In this document: positions 18,345-27,296 of the stretch, piece by piece
Layout: every line of letters begins with the position of its first letter
How positions within the stretch are numbered: position 1 is the stretch's first letter
Source: Pseudomonadota bacterium
GTDB taxonomy: Bacteria > Pseudomonadota > Gammaproteobacteria > Xanthomonadales > Xanthomonadaceae
DNA length: 64,000 bases
Reading direction: 5' to 3'
NCBI GenBank assembly: GCA_018242365.1
Contig: JAFECB010000006.1
Span: 816-64,815, forward strand
Translations under genes and position numbers: made by a program
Notes under the pieces: generated by a model
What the model saw: only the letters and a program-made list of their open reading frames with translations
Told to the model about the DNA's origin: nothing
The model's database searches: none

Positions 18345-19673
18345 ATGCTGCGTCATCCCCTTGCCATCGCCCTTGTCCTCGCCCTCGCCCCGTTCGCGGC
18401 GCAGGCGGACGATCTGATGCAGAGCTACCAGAACGCACGCAACAGTGACCCGCAATTCGCCCAGGCCGAATCCGCCCGCCTGATCTCCGCCGAACGGCCG
18501 GTGATCGCGCGCTCGGTCCTGCTGCCCAGCATCGGCGGCTCGATCGGCACCACCCGCTACAACAACGCCGCCGGCACCAGCCGCACCGGTTCCTGGGGCG
18601 TGAACCTGCAGCAGACCCTGTTCAATTACGGCGACATCAGCAACCTGCGCGGGGCCAAGGCGCAGGACCGCGCCGGTGGCTACACCTTGGCGGCAGCCGG
18701 GCAGAACCTGATCACCCGCACCTCGGCGGCCTACTTCAACGTGCTGGTGCAGATGGAAACGCTGACTGCCGCCGAAGCAGCGGAAGCGGCGGCCAAGAAG
18801 CAGTTCGACTACGCCAGCAAGCGGCTGGAAGTCGGCCTCGCCCCGATCACCGACGTGCACGAGGCACGCGCCCAGTACGACGGCGCCCGCGCCAACACCC
18901 TGCTCGCGCGAAATGCGGTGCAGGACGCGTATCAGGCGCTGCTGGAAATCACCAATGCGCCGGTTACCGTGCTCAAGGGCCTGCCGGATGACTTCAAGCC
19001 GGCGCAGCTCGCCCAGCGCAGCGCCGCCGAATGGGTGGCCGACGCCCTCGCCTCCAACCCCACCTTGCAGGCCCAGAAGGCAAGCCTCGAGGCCGCCGAG
19101 GCCAGCGTCGCCACCGCGCGTGCCGGTCACTATCCGACCATCGGCCTGCAGGCCAGTTACGGCAAGGCGATCACCGGCCTGTACGATCCGGCCTTCGTCG
19201 GTCCCAACCACGCATCCTCGAGTATTGGATTGAGCGTGAATATCCCGATCTTCTCGGGTTTCGCCACCCAGTCAAACGTGCGCAGTGCCTTGGCTCAGCG
19301 CGACAGCGCCGCCGATGCGGTCGAGCAGACCAAGCGTGCGATCGAACGCAGCACGCGCAGCGCCTACCAGGCGGTGGTCACCGGGATCAGCGAAGTCGAA
19401 GCCCGACGGCTGGAAGTGGTGTCGGCACAGAGCGCCTACGACGCCTCGCAGGTCGGGCTGGAAGTCGGCACCCGCACCGTGCTCGACGTGCTCAACAACC
19501 AGCGCACCCTGTTTGCCGCACAACAGGCCTATGCGCAGTCCAAGTACAACTTCCTGCAAAGCCGCCTGCTGCTGGAACAGTCCGCCGGCTCGCTGGATGC
19601 CTCGGATCTGGAAGACGTGAATCGCCTGCTGACTGCGGACAAGCCCATCGAGGCGGGTCTGGCATCGCCTTGA
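18345..19673 (+). CDS. tolC: Outer-membrane channel TolC
   Basis: ATG 18345 is followed by the signal peptide MLRHPLAIALVLALAPFAAQA, then DLMQSYQNARNSDPQFAQAE. The two-repeat OMF architecture includes ...LDVLNNQRTLFAAQQAYAQSKYNFLQSRLLLEQSAG. Confidence 0.9.
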   Translation: MLRHPLAIALVLALAPFAAQADDLMQSYQNARNSDPQFAQAESARLISAERPVIARSVLLPSIGGSIGTTRYNNAAGTSRTGSWGVNLQQTLFNYGDISNLRGAKAQDRAGGYTLAAAGQNLITRTSAAYFNVLVQMETLTAAEAAEAAAKKQFDYASKRLEVGLAPITDVHEARAQYDGARANTLLARNAVQDAYQALLEITNAPVTVLKGLPDDFKPAQLAQRSAAEWVADALASNPTLQAQKASLEAAEASVATARAGHYPTIGLQASYGKAITGLYDPAFVGPNHASSSIGLSVNIPIFSGFATQSNVRSALAQRDSAADAVEQTKRAIERSTRSAYQAVVTGISEVEARRLEVVSAQSAYDASQVGLEVGTRTVLDVLNNQRTLFAAQQAYAQSKYNFLQSRLLLEQSAGSLDASDLEDVNRLLTADKPIEAGLASP

Positions 19674-19734
19674 GGGTGAGGTCGCGGGTCAATGCCTGCG
19701 GCGGGTCTTGACCCGCCATCGAAACGCCCCGGCA

Positions 19735-21036
19735 TCACGCCAAATCCGCCTCCGGCAACACCGGCGCGATCAATGCCAAGGTGCGATCCAGCGCACCGCG
19801 CCCCTCCTCCAGCAACCGCGCCGCATTGGCGGCCATGCTTTGCCGCGCACCGGCATTGTCGAACAAGTCTCCCAATGCGGCCGCGAGCGTGGCCGCATCC
19901 TCGATGATCCGCATCGCCTGCGCTTCGCGCAGACGGCGGGCGATGTCGACGAAATTGTGCAGGTGCGGACCGCTGAGGATGGCGGTGCCGGTAGCAGCCG
20001 GCTCCAGCAGGTTGTGGCCACCGATCGCCTGCAGGCTGCCACCGACAAAGGCCACGCTGGCGCAGGCGTAGAAGCTGGTCAACTCGCCCAGGGTGTCGAT
20101 CATGAACACCTCGGTGTCGGGCCGCGGCCACGTCTCGACACTACGATTGGCCACCCGCAATCCCGCTTCGCGTGCCCGCTGGGCAACCGCACGAAAGCGT
20201 TCCGGATGCCGTGGTGCCCACAGCAGCAGCGCATCCGGGTGTGCTGCGCGTAGCAGGCGTTGCGCCTCGAGAACCGGCGCCTCTTCGTCGGCGTGCGTAC
20301 TGGCAGCGATCCACACCGGTCGCTTCTGCCCAAGGGCATTGTGGAAGGCCTGCACGAACCCGGCGGTCTGCGGCGGTGGAATGTCGAACTTGAGGTTGCC
20401 GGTAACACGAACACGCTCGGCGGGCGCACCCAGGCGCTCGAAGCGACGCGCATCCTCCTGCGATTGCGCCGCGACCAGGCGCACGCTGGCGAGTGCCCTG
20501 CGGATCAGCGGCGCAAGAATGCGATAGCCACGCAATGAACGCGCCGACAGTCGCGCATTGAGGATGTGGGTCGGGATACCGCGATCACGGCAACCGAACA
20601 ACAGGTTCGGCCACAACTCGGTCTCCACGATCAGCGCCAGCGCCGGACGGAACTGGTCGAGGAAACGCGCCACCGCACCCGGCAAGTCGTAGGGCAGGTA
20701 GACATGGGTGACGGCATCGCCCCACAGCGCCAGTACGCGCTCCGAGCCGGTCGGGGTGATCGTGGTGACCACCACCCGCAGGTCCGGTCGCTGCGCACGC
20801 AGGTGATTGACCAAGGGCGCTGCGGCATTGACTTCACCGACGGAAACCGCGTGCAACCACACCGGTGCAATCGTGTCATCGGCCGCATAGCTGGCATAGC
20901 GCTCGTCCCAGCGCTGGAAATAGGCACGCTGACGGAACCCGCGCCAGATCAGGTGATACAGGGTGATCGGCACCAACAGGTACAAGGTGGCCGAATACAG
21001 GCCACGCAGGATGTGTTCGATGGGATCGGCCCGCAT
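19735..21036 (-). CDS. waaA: 3-deoxy-D-manno-octulosonic acid (Kdo) transferase
   Basis: From ATG 21036 the translation is MRADPIEHILRGLYSATLYLLVPITLYHLIWRGFRQRAYFQRWDERY...WLHAVSVGE...GGSL...GGHNLLEPA. The track's 117-aa N-terminal extension overlaps lpxL and was rejected. Confidence 0.9.
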   Translation of the reverse strand: MRADPIEHILRGLYSATLYLLVPITLYHLIWRGFRQRAYFQRWDERYASYAADDTIAPVWLHAVSVGEVNAAAPLVNHLRAQRPDLRVVVTTITPTGSERVLALWGDAVTHVYLPYDLPGAVARFLDQFRPALALIVETELWPNLLFGCRDRGIPTHILNARLSARSLRGYRILAPLIRRALASVRLVAAQSQEDARRFERLGAPAERVRVTGNLKFDIPPPQTAGFVQAFHNALGQKRPVWIAASTHADEEAPVLEAQRLLRAAHPDALLLWAPRHPERFRAVAQRAREAGLRVANRSVETWPRPDTEVFMIDTLGELTSFYACASVAFVGGSLQAIGGHNLLEPAATGTAILSGPHLHNFVDIARRLREAQAMRIIEDAATLAAALGDLFDNAGARQSMAANAARLLEEGRGALDRTLALIAPVLPEADLA

Positions 21037-21080
21037 CCGCCAAGGATAACGGAGCGGCGGCGACCGGTAGAATCCTTGCG

Positions 21081-21989
21081 ATGACCGCCACGCCTCCGCC
21101 GCGCCCGTCGTTCGCCCCGCGCCATTGGCCGGCATGGCTGGGCGTGGGCCTGTACATGACGATGGCGCATCTTCCATGGCCACTGCAACGCGCATTGGGC
21201 GCGGTGTTTGGCCGATTGGCCTTGTGGCTTGCCATCTCGCGCCGGCGTGCGGCGCGCACCAACCTGCGCCTGTGCCTGCCCGAGCTTGGCGAAGCCGAAC
21301 GCGAGGCGCTGCTGCGTGCGAATTTCCGTGATGTCGGCATCGGCCTGTTCGAATTCGCGCGCGCGTGGTGGGGCGGAGTTGCACCATTGCGCGCCAGCGC
21401 CAGCATCGAGGGACTGGAGATTCTGGAACGCTTGCGCAATCAAGGCCGTGGCGTGTTGCTGGTCTCGGGCCATTTCATGACCCTGGAATTGTGCGGGCGC
21501 TTGCTGTGCGACCACATCGCGCTGGCCGGGATGTACCGCCGCTACAAGGACCCGGTGATGGAATGGGCGGTGCTGCGCGGTCGCCTGCGCTATGCCTGCG
21601 CGATGTTCGGCAATCGCGATACCCGTGCCGCGCTGCGTCACCTCAAGGGCGGCGGCGTGCTGTGGTACGCGCCGGATCAGGACATGCTCGGCAAGGACAC
21701 CGTGTTCGCGCCGTTCTTCGGCATCCCGGCCGCCACCATCACCGCCACCCACCAATTCGCGCGCATGACCGGCTGCGCGGTGGTGCCGTTTTTCCATCGC
21801 CGCGAAGGTGGCCGCTATATCCTGCGTGTCGGCCAGCCGCTGGATCCGTTCCCGACCGACGACGCCGTCGCCGATACCACCCGCGTGAATGCCGCGATCG
21901 AAGCGATGGTGCGCGAAGCACCCTCGCAGTATCTATGGCTGCACCGCCGCTTCAAACGTCAGCCGGATGGTGCTTCGCGTTACGACTGA
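21081..21989 (+). CDS. lpxL: Lipid A biosynthesis (Kdo)2-lipid IVA acyltransferase (LpxL/HtrB family)
   Basis: 302 aa with the features ...RTNLRLCLPELGEAEREALLRANF..., VLLVSGHFMTLE (the HX4D/E region) and YAPDQD. It is divergent from waaA. Confidence 0.85.
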   Translation: MTATPPPRPSFAPRHWPAWLGVGLYMTMAHLPWPLQRALGAVFGRLALWLAISRRRAARTNLRLCLPELGEAEREALLRANFRDVGIGLFEFARAWWGGVAPLRASASIEGLEILERLRNQGRGVLLVSGHFMTLELCGRLLCDHIALAGMYRRYKDPVMEWAVLRGRLRYACAMFGNRDTRAALRHLKGGGVLWYAPDQDMLGKDTVFAPFFGIPAATITATHQFARMTGCAVVPFFHRREGGRYILRVGQPLDPFPTDDAVADTTRVNAAIEAMVREAPSQYLWLHRRFKRQPDGASRYD

Positions 21990-23239
21990 CGCACTGGCTC
22001 GGTTTCGATCCGGCCCCAAAGCGCGCCCGCATACAGTCCGGCCATCATCAGGATGGCGCTGCCCCACAGCCCGCCATAGACAGGCAGCCCGGCATTGAGC
22101 GGAAACAGCATCGCCAGCAGCGCCTGCAAGGCCGGCCACGCGCGCATCCGCGCCGTCGCATCGGCATAACGCCACGCACGCCACGCCAGTGCCACCCCGG
22201 CCAGCCATAGCAACAGGCCGATCACGCCCGTTTGCGCGGGAAGTTCGAGCAGCAGCGGCACGCCGTTGCGATCCGCATCCGACACTGCCAGCGCATCCGC
22301 TGCGCAGTCGCTGGATTCCGACGGCAAAGCTCCGGTGCCGACGCCATTGATCGGATGCGTGCGCATCTGGCAGATCGACGTGCGTGATGAAGCCAATGCT
22401 GCATCGAGCGTGGCCTGCACCCGAGTCGTCGCAGCCCGATCCGGAGCATGGATCGCCATCGCCCAAACCAGCCCGATACCGACGAGGGCGAGCGCGAGCA
22501 CGCCGACAGCACGCCGCCAATCGAACTTGTGCAGCAACTCCAGAAGCAGCACACAGGCAAAGGCGATCCACGCCGCAGGCGCATTCGACAACGCAATTCC
22601 CGCTGCGAATACCAAGGCGGTTGCCCACCACGCGACAGGCGCCTTGCGCGCAGCCCAGCCCAGCGCAAACGGCGACAGGCAGGCCACTGCCAGCCAATGG
22701 CCCTGGCTGCCCAAGGTGCCGATCGCATGCGACGCATCCGTCGCGATGCCCGGCATCCCGCCCGCCAGGCCTGCCAGCGCAGCTGCGCCATTGGCATACA
22801 ACCCGTGCAGCAGGCTGTGCCCCAGGGTCACCGCAAGCAGGCCATCGATCCCCCATGCCAGTGCCACCACGACCAGGCCCGCGAACGCCCAGCGTCGTCC
22901 CGAATCGCCAGCAACTGCTGCGGCGGCAAGCCACATCAAGGGCAACCACCGAAGATCCAGCACGACGCCATGCCACGCCCGCCACCCGCCTTCGGTATCC
23001 ACGGCGGCGATGACTTCCGGCAGCCAATAAGCGCAGAACAGCACGCTGGTCAGTGCCCACGCCGGGCCGCTGAGGACCGCACTCCCACCACGGGAGCGCC
23101 GCAGCAACAGCCAGACCAGCCCCGCCAGCACACCCAGACTCAGCAAGGCCTGCGCAAGGACCGGGAGCGGCCAGGCTGCCGCCAGCGCCACGATCCAGAT
23201 CGGCGTCCAGCGCAGCGAGCTTGCCTGCGCGTCGCTCAT
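21980..23239 (-). CDS. O-antigen ligase-like (Wzy_C family) polytopic membrane protein
   Basis: About 419 aa from ATG 23239, with ten or more hydrophobic helices and a large loop followed by LLLELPAQTGVIGLLLW, which resembles the Wzy_C motif. Its ATG overlaps the GT4 stop (ATGA). Its 3' end overlaps lpxL convergently by 10 nt. Confidence 0.6.
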   Translation of the reverse strand: MSDAQASSLRWTPIWIVALAAAWPLPVLAQALLSLGVLAGLVWLLLRRSRGGSAVLSGPAWALTSVLFCAYWLPEVIAAVDTEGGWRAWHGVVLDLRWLPLMWLAAAAVAGDSGRRWAFAGLVVVALAWGIDGLLAVTLGHSLLHGLYANGAAALAGLAGGMPGIATDASHAIGTLGSQGHWLAVACLSPFALGWAARKAPVAWWATALVFAAGIALSNAPAAWIAFACVLLLELLHKFDWRRAVGVLALALVGIGLVWAMAIHAPDRAATTRVQATLDAALASSRTSICQMRTHPINGVGTGALPSESSDCAADALAVSDADRNGVPLLLELPAQTGVIGLLLWLAGVALAWRAWRYADATARMRAWPALQALLAMLFPLNAGLPVYGGLWGSAILMMAGLYAGALWGRIETEPVRQS

Positions 23240-24360
23240 GTCTGCCCCGTCACGGATGCGTACAACGCCAAGGTCGCCTCCTGCATCGCCTGCAGCGAAT
23301 GCGGCATCGTAGCGGGCAAGGCTGGTGCTGTGTCCAACAGGGCTTGCGCACGCAGTGCCAACGCCTCCGCATCGAACGGCGCAACCGCTCCCTCCGGCGA
23401 CAGCTCCGCCAACAATTCCCCCACGCCGCCATGCGCCCAGCCGAGCAACGGGCGACCAACGCACAAGGCCTCGATGACGGTACGCCCGAACGCCTCCGGC
23501 TTGCGCGACAGTTGCAGCACCACGTCACTGGCGGCATAGGCCTGAGCGATGTCGGAGGTGGCCTCGGTCATCGCGACGACTTCGGCCACACCGGCATCGC
23601 GCGCACGCGCCTGCAACTCGGCCAGATAGTGGCCGCGTCCGGCCTGCACCAAGCCCGCCATCCACAAGCGTGCATCGATGCCCTGCTGACGCAACCTCAC
23701 CAGCAGATCAATGCCATCGGCATGGCCTTTCAAGCGCGTGCCGCGCCCCGGCAGCAACAACAGCGGGCCATCACCGCCCAACGCCGGATAGCGCACTGCG
23801 AGCGCCGCGCGCAGCGCACGATCCACGCCGGCCACGCGCGGGAAGGCGGCGGGATCGACGCCACGCGGAATCACCACCAGCCGCTGCGGATCGACCTTCG
23901 GATAGTGCCGCAACACATGTGCCCGCACGGTTTCCGATACGCAGATCCCCCGCTCGCCGCGGCTCAGGATGGCGCTGTAACGCGAGGGCGAGTTCAATCC
24001 GTGCACGGTGGTGACGAAATGCGGACGTCGCTCCGGTGGCATCCCACGCAGCGCGAGCCACCCCACCCAGGCCGGGAATCGCGATCGCGCATGCACGACG
24101 TCAGCCTGCGCGAACAAGGCGCGCAGTGCGCGTGCATGGCGCAGGGTCAGCGGCGACTTGCGGCCAATCGGCAAATCGACATGCTCGGCACCACTTGCCA
24201 GCAAGCCCGGCAACAATCGCCCACCTTCCGAGACCACGATGGCGCGATGGCCGGCGGCGACCAGTGCGGAAGCGATTTCAAGGGTCGAACGCTCGACGCC
24301 ACCCGAATCGAGCGCCGGCAGCAACTGCACCACGCACAACGGCCGCGTGGTGACTGTCAT
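23236..24360 (-). CDS. Glycosyltransferase family 4 (LPS core type)
   Basis: 374 aa. The N-terminus is LCVVQLLPALDSGGVERSTLEIA, and the C-terminal EX7E region is PEAFGRTVIEALCVGRPLLG. Confidence 0.85.
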   Translation of the reverse strand: MTVTTRPLCVVQLLPALDSGGVERSTLEIASALVAAGHRAIVVSEGGRLLPGLLASGAEHVDLPIGRKSPLTLRHARALRALFAQADVVHARSRFPAWVGWLALRGMPPERRPHFVTTVHGLNSPSRYSAILSRGERGICVSETVRAHVLRHYPKVDPQRLVVIPRGVDPAAFPRVAGVDRALRAALAVRYPALGGDGPLLLLPGRGTRLKGHADGIDLLVRLRQQGIDARLWMAGLVQAGRGHYLAELQARARDAGVAEVVAMTEATSDIAQAYAASDVVLQLSRKPEAFGRTVIEALCVGRPLLGWAHGGVGELLAELSPEGAVAPFDAEALALRAQALLDTAPALPATMPHSLQAMQEATLALYASVTGQT

Positions 24361-24397
24361 TCAAGCGTACCCCGCACGCGCACGCGGCGCGCCCCGA

Positions 24398-24601
24398 TCA
24401 ATCCACCAGCACGTACAGCGCGCTGCAATACGGGCAACGTGCGCTGCCGCCGCGATCCTCGATCGCCAGATACACGCGCGGATGCGAATCCCACAATGAC
24501 ATTGCCGGCGTCGGACAGCTCAACGGCAGATCGGCGCGATGCACCTCGTAGCGCTTCTCGGCGTTGGGCGTTTGCGTTGCGGTGGAAGCTGGGTCGGCCA
24601 T
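24398..24601 (-). CDS. Zinc-finger (zf-CHCC / NDUFS6-like) domain protein
   Basis: 67 aa from ATG 24601. The segments ...LSCPTPAMSLWDSHPRVYL...ARCPYCSALYVL fit the CHCC zinc-finger pattern. Confidence 0.65.
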   Translation of the reverse strand: MADPASTATQTPNAEKRYEVHRADLPLSCPTPAMSLWDSHPRVYLAIEDRGGSARCPYCSALYVLVD

Positions 24602-24657
24602 GGGGGGAACAGTCCTGCGGATCGCGGGCATTTTACTGCACAACCGCCCGCCATTCC

Positions 24658-26601
24658 CTATGGCATCTCCAGCGTGTCGGTCTTGTAGATCGCCACATGC
24701 GGTACGCCGTCGCCCCCAATCCAGCCGCGATACATGCCGCCGGTATTGAACGGGAAGGCGATTGTTCCATCGGCGCCCATCGCGATCGCGCCACCGTCGC
24801 CGCCAGCGTGCGGGATATCCACGTTGATGACCTCGTTGGCTGCCCGGGCCAGCGGCTCACCAGCCAGCCGCACGCGGGCGCAGATTTCGTGCGCAGCCGC
24901 GGCACGTATGTAGAACTCGCCCCAACCGGTGCCGGACACCGCGCAGCGCCTATCGGCCCAGGTGCCTGCACCGATGATCGGTGAGTCACCGACGCGGCCA
25001 TAGCGCTTGTTGGTCATGCCACCGGTCGACGTGCCGGCGGCAAGGTTGCCGTTCGCATCCAGCGCCAATGCGCCGACGGTGCCGAAATAGGCTTTGCCCG
25101 GAAGGATCAGGTCGCGATGCTCGAGCTGCGCCTGTTTCTCTTCCTGCAAGGCGCGCTGCAAGGCACGCCAGCGCGCATCGGTACGAAAATAGGAGGGATC
25201 GACCAGGGTGATGCCCTGCTCGCGGGCAAACGCTTCAGCGCCGTCGCCGACCATCATCACGTGGCGGGAATGTTCCAGGATTGCCCGTGCCAACAGGATC
25301 GGGTTCTTCACGTGGTGCAAGCCGGCGGCCGCGCCAGCACGCCCTGTGGCACCGTCCATGATCGAGGTGTCGAGCTCGTTCCTGCCATCGTGGGTGAACA
25401 CCGCGCCACGACCTGCATTGAAATGAGGATCGTCTTCCATCACCGTGATCGCGGCAGTCACCGCATCCATCGATGGCGCGCCCGCCTGCAATCGCGCGTA
25501 GCCGGCACGCAGCGCAGCCGACAGCGCCGCCTTGATGTCGGTTTCCTGCTGCGGCGTCAGGTCACCCGGCTCGACGCCGGCACCGCCGTGGATCACCAGC
25601 AACGGTGCATCCAGCGCCGCCAGCACGCCGTTGCGCACCGCATAGTGGCGCTCGAATGCTGGCTGCTCGACCGTGCCGGTCGGCAATTGCAAGCGAGAGT
25701 TACGGTCGATCCCGATGGTCTCAACGCGCGCAAGCTGCATCGGCTTGTCTTCGGCCTGGGCCCCCTTGAAACCGCCGCGCACCAAAGTGGCACCTGCGCC
25801 GGGCGTAGTGGCGTAGACATGGGCACTGCCATCGCCTTCGACCGCGACGGCCGCATCCTCGTCCACGCCCAGCCCGATCAACGGGCGGCCCGCCATCGCC
25901 TCACCCTTGGCGAGGAAGGCGATCAGGCGACCGAGGCGAGCACGCTCGCTGAAGTGGGTATCGGTGATCACGCCATGCAACAAGGAAAGGCCGAGGAATC
26001 CGGTTTCGATGGTATTGGCGTCGCCCAGCGGATCCGCAAGCGCGCGCGGACTGGTGATGCTGCCGCCGTCCATCGCGCCATAGAGATACTCACCGAGCAT
26101 CGCCAGGCCCGCGCTGGTACCACCCAGCGGTTTGCCCGCGCGCACGTGGTCGTCGAGCGCCTTGGCAATGGGCGTTCCGCGCCAGTAACGCACATAGCGC
26201 GATTGATCGCCCCCGCCGATGAAGATGCCATCCGCCCGTGCCAGCGCGCGCAGGATACGCGGGTCACTGGCCGCTGCACGATCCTTGAACACGAAGGTTT
26301 CGACCGACTGGATGCCGCCGACCTCCTTGAAGAATTCCTCGCCGATCTCGCCGCCCTGCGAGGCACGAAGCACCACGATATGGCCATTGCCCGCCTTCTT
26401 CATGAACCAGCGCAAGGCATCGAAATTGCGATCGCCGCCACCCATCAGCAACAGGCCGGGCTGGACTTGTCCGGGCGTCCGGCTGGTGGTGTTCCCGAGC
26501 ACGTAATGGCCAACGTCGGCGGCCCGCGCGCTGATTGGCAGCATCAGCACGAGCAACAAGCCGAAAAGGAAAGCCTTGCAGGTTCCAAGCTTCGCGATCA
26601 T
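24658..26601 (-). CDS. Secreted two-domain hydrolase: N-terminal peptidase S51 (cyanophycinase-like) fused to a C-terminal Ntn isoaspartyl peptidase/L-asparaginase
   Basis: ATG 26601 is followed by the signal peptide MIAKLGTCKAFLFGLLLVLMLPISARA. The S51 half has LLLMGGG, IFIGGGDQSRY and the nucleophile motif PLGGTSAGLAML. After about residue 350 of the track ORF there is a complete asparaginase_2 domain (LLVIHGGAG, DPHFNAGRGAVFT, the autoprocessing site GTVGALALD, GTSTGGMTNKRYGRVGDSPIIGAG). The frame is continuous across the junction. Confidence 0.8.
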   Translation of the reverse strand: MIAKLGTCKAFLFGLLLVLMLPISARAADVGHYVLGNTTSRTPGQVQPGLLLMGGGDRNFDALRWFMKKAGNGHIVVLRASQGGEIGEEFFKEVGGIQSVETFVFKDRAAASDPRILRALARADGIFIGGGDQSRYVRYWRGTPIAKALDDHVRAGKPLGGTSAGLAMLGEYLYGAMDGGSITSPRALADPLGDANTIETGFLGLSLLHGVITDTHFSERARLGRLIAFLAKGEAMAGRPLIGLGVDEDAAVAVEGDGSAHVYATTPGAGATLVRGGFKGAQAEDKPMQLARVETIGIDRNSRLQLPTGTVEQPAFERHYAVRNGVLAALDAPLLVIHGGAGVEPGDLTPQQETDIKAALSAALRAGYARLQAGAPSMDAVTAAITVMEDDPHFNAGRGAVFTHDGRNELDTSIMDGATGRAGAAAGLHHVKNPILLARAILEHSRHVMMVGDGAEAFAREQGITLVDPSYFRTDARWRALQRALQEEKQAQLEHRDLILPGKAYFGTVGALALDANGNLAAGTSTGGMTNKRYGRVGDSPIIGAGTWADRRCAVSGTGWGEFYIRAAAAHEICARVRLAGEPLARAANEVINVDIPHAGGDGGAIAMGADGTIAFPFNTGGMYRGWIGGDGVPHVAIYKTDTLEMP

Positions 26602-26719
26602 GTTCCGTCCACGCATTGCAGGTCTCCATGCTGACGAACCAGGGCGCAACATCCCGCATCGAAGCTTGCGTCGGCAGATTCGTGGTCCACCAAGGCCGTC
26701 GTTTCGCTATGGTAAGCAC

Positions 26720-27292
26720 ATGCCCGGCGACCTCGACCAGTGGTTCATCCACGAAATCCTGATCCACGAAGAGGCCCTGATGCGCTACCTGCAGCGTACC
26801 TGGCCCCATCGTGACGAGGTCCATGACCTGCGCCAGGATCTGTACGTGCGCATCTACGAGGCTGCGGCGAAGTCGCTTCCGTCCCAGCCCAAAGCCTTCC
26901 TGTTCGCCAGTGCCCGACATCTGATGACCGACCGCCTGCGGCGCAGCAAGGTGGTATCGATCGAGCCGATGGGTGATTTCGAGCCCTCGAACGTCTTGAA
27001 GGATGAGGTGACGCCCGAGCGCTGGAGCGGTGGGCGGCAATCGCTTCGGCGTCTGTCCGATGCATTGGATCGATTGCCAGCGCGCTGCCGCGAAGTAGTC
27101 TGGTTGCGTCGCGTGGAAGATCTGTCACAAAAGGACGTGGCCATGCGCCTTGGCATCAGCGAGAAGACCGTGGAGAAACACATCGCCAAGGGCATGCGCC
27201 TGCTGGCGGATGCCTTGTTGTCCGGGGACGGCGCAGGCGCGACGGCCGCCACCGATGCACCCGCTTTCGATGCGCCGCGACGCCAGGACTGA
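26720..27292 (+). CDS. ECF (FecI-like) RNA polymerase sigma factor
   Basis: From ATG 26720, region 2 is DLRQDLYVRIYE...FLFASARHLMTDRLRR and region 4 is LDRLPARCREVVWLRRVEDLSQKDVAMRLGISEKTVEKHIAKGMRLL. Confidence 0.9.
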   Translation: MPGDLDQWFIHEILIHEEALMRYLQRTWPHRDEVHDLRQDLYVRIYEAAAKSLPSQPKAFLFASARHLMTDRLRRSKVVSIEPMGDFEPSNVLKDEVTPERWSGGRQSLRRLSDALDRLPARCREVVWLRRVEDLSQKDVAMRLGISEKTVEKHIAKGMRLLADALLSGDGAGATAATDAPAFDAPRRQD

Positions 27293-27296
27293 AGCC

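Noticed and set aside
19684-19716. Hairpin GCGGGTCAA...TTGACCCGC (inner GCGGGTC/GACCCGC) between the convergent tolC and waaA genes, considered as a terminator.
   Set aside because: The stem is present, but no U-run follows on either strand, so I did not list it as a terminator.
21037-21387. 117-codon N-terminal extension of the waaA ORF, overlapping the lpxL start on the other strand.
   Set aside because: The extension is low-complexity (Arg/Ala/Gly/Pro). The conserved Kdo-transferase N-terminus begins at ATG 21036, and the divergent lpxL gene occupies the region.
26602-26719. I looked for a Fur box or other AT-rich operator in the divergent peptidase/ECF-sigma spacer.
   Set aside because: No AT-rich palindrome is visible by eye. 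I could not run a PWM scan, so this is a negative observation only. It is used as weak support in a finding, not as a feature.
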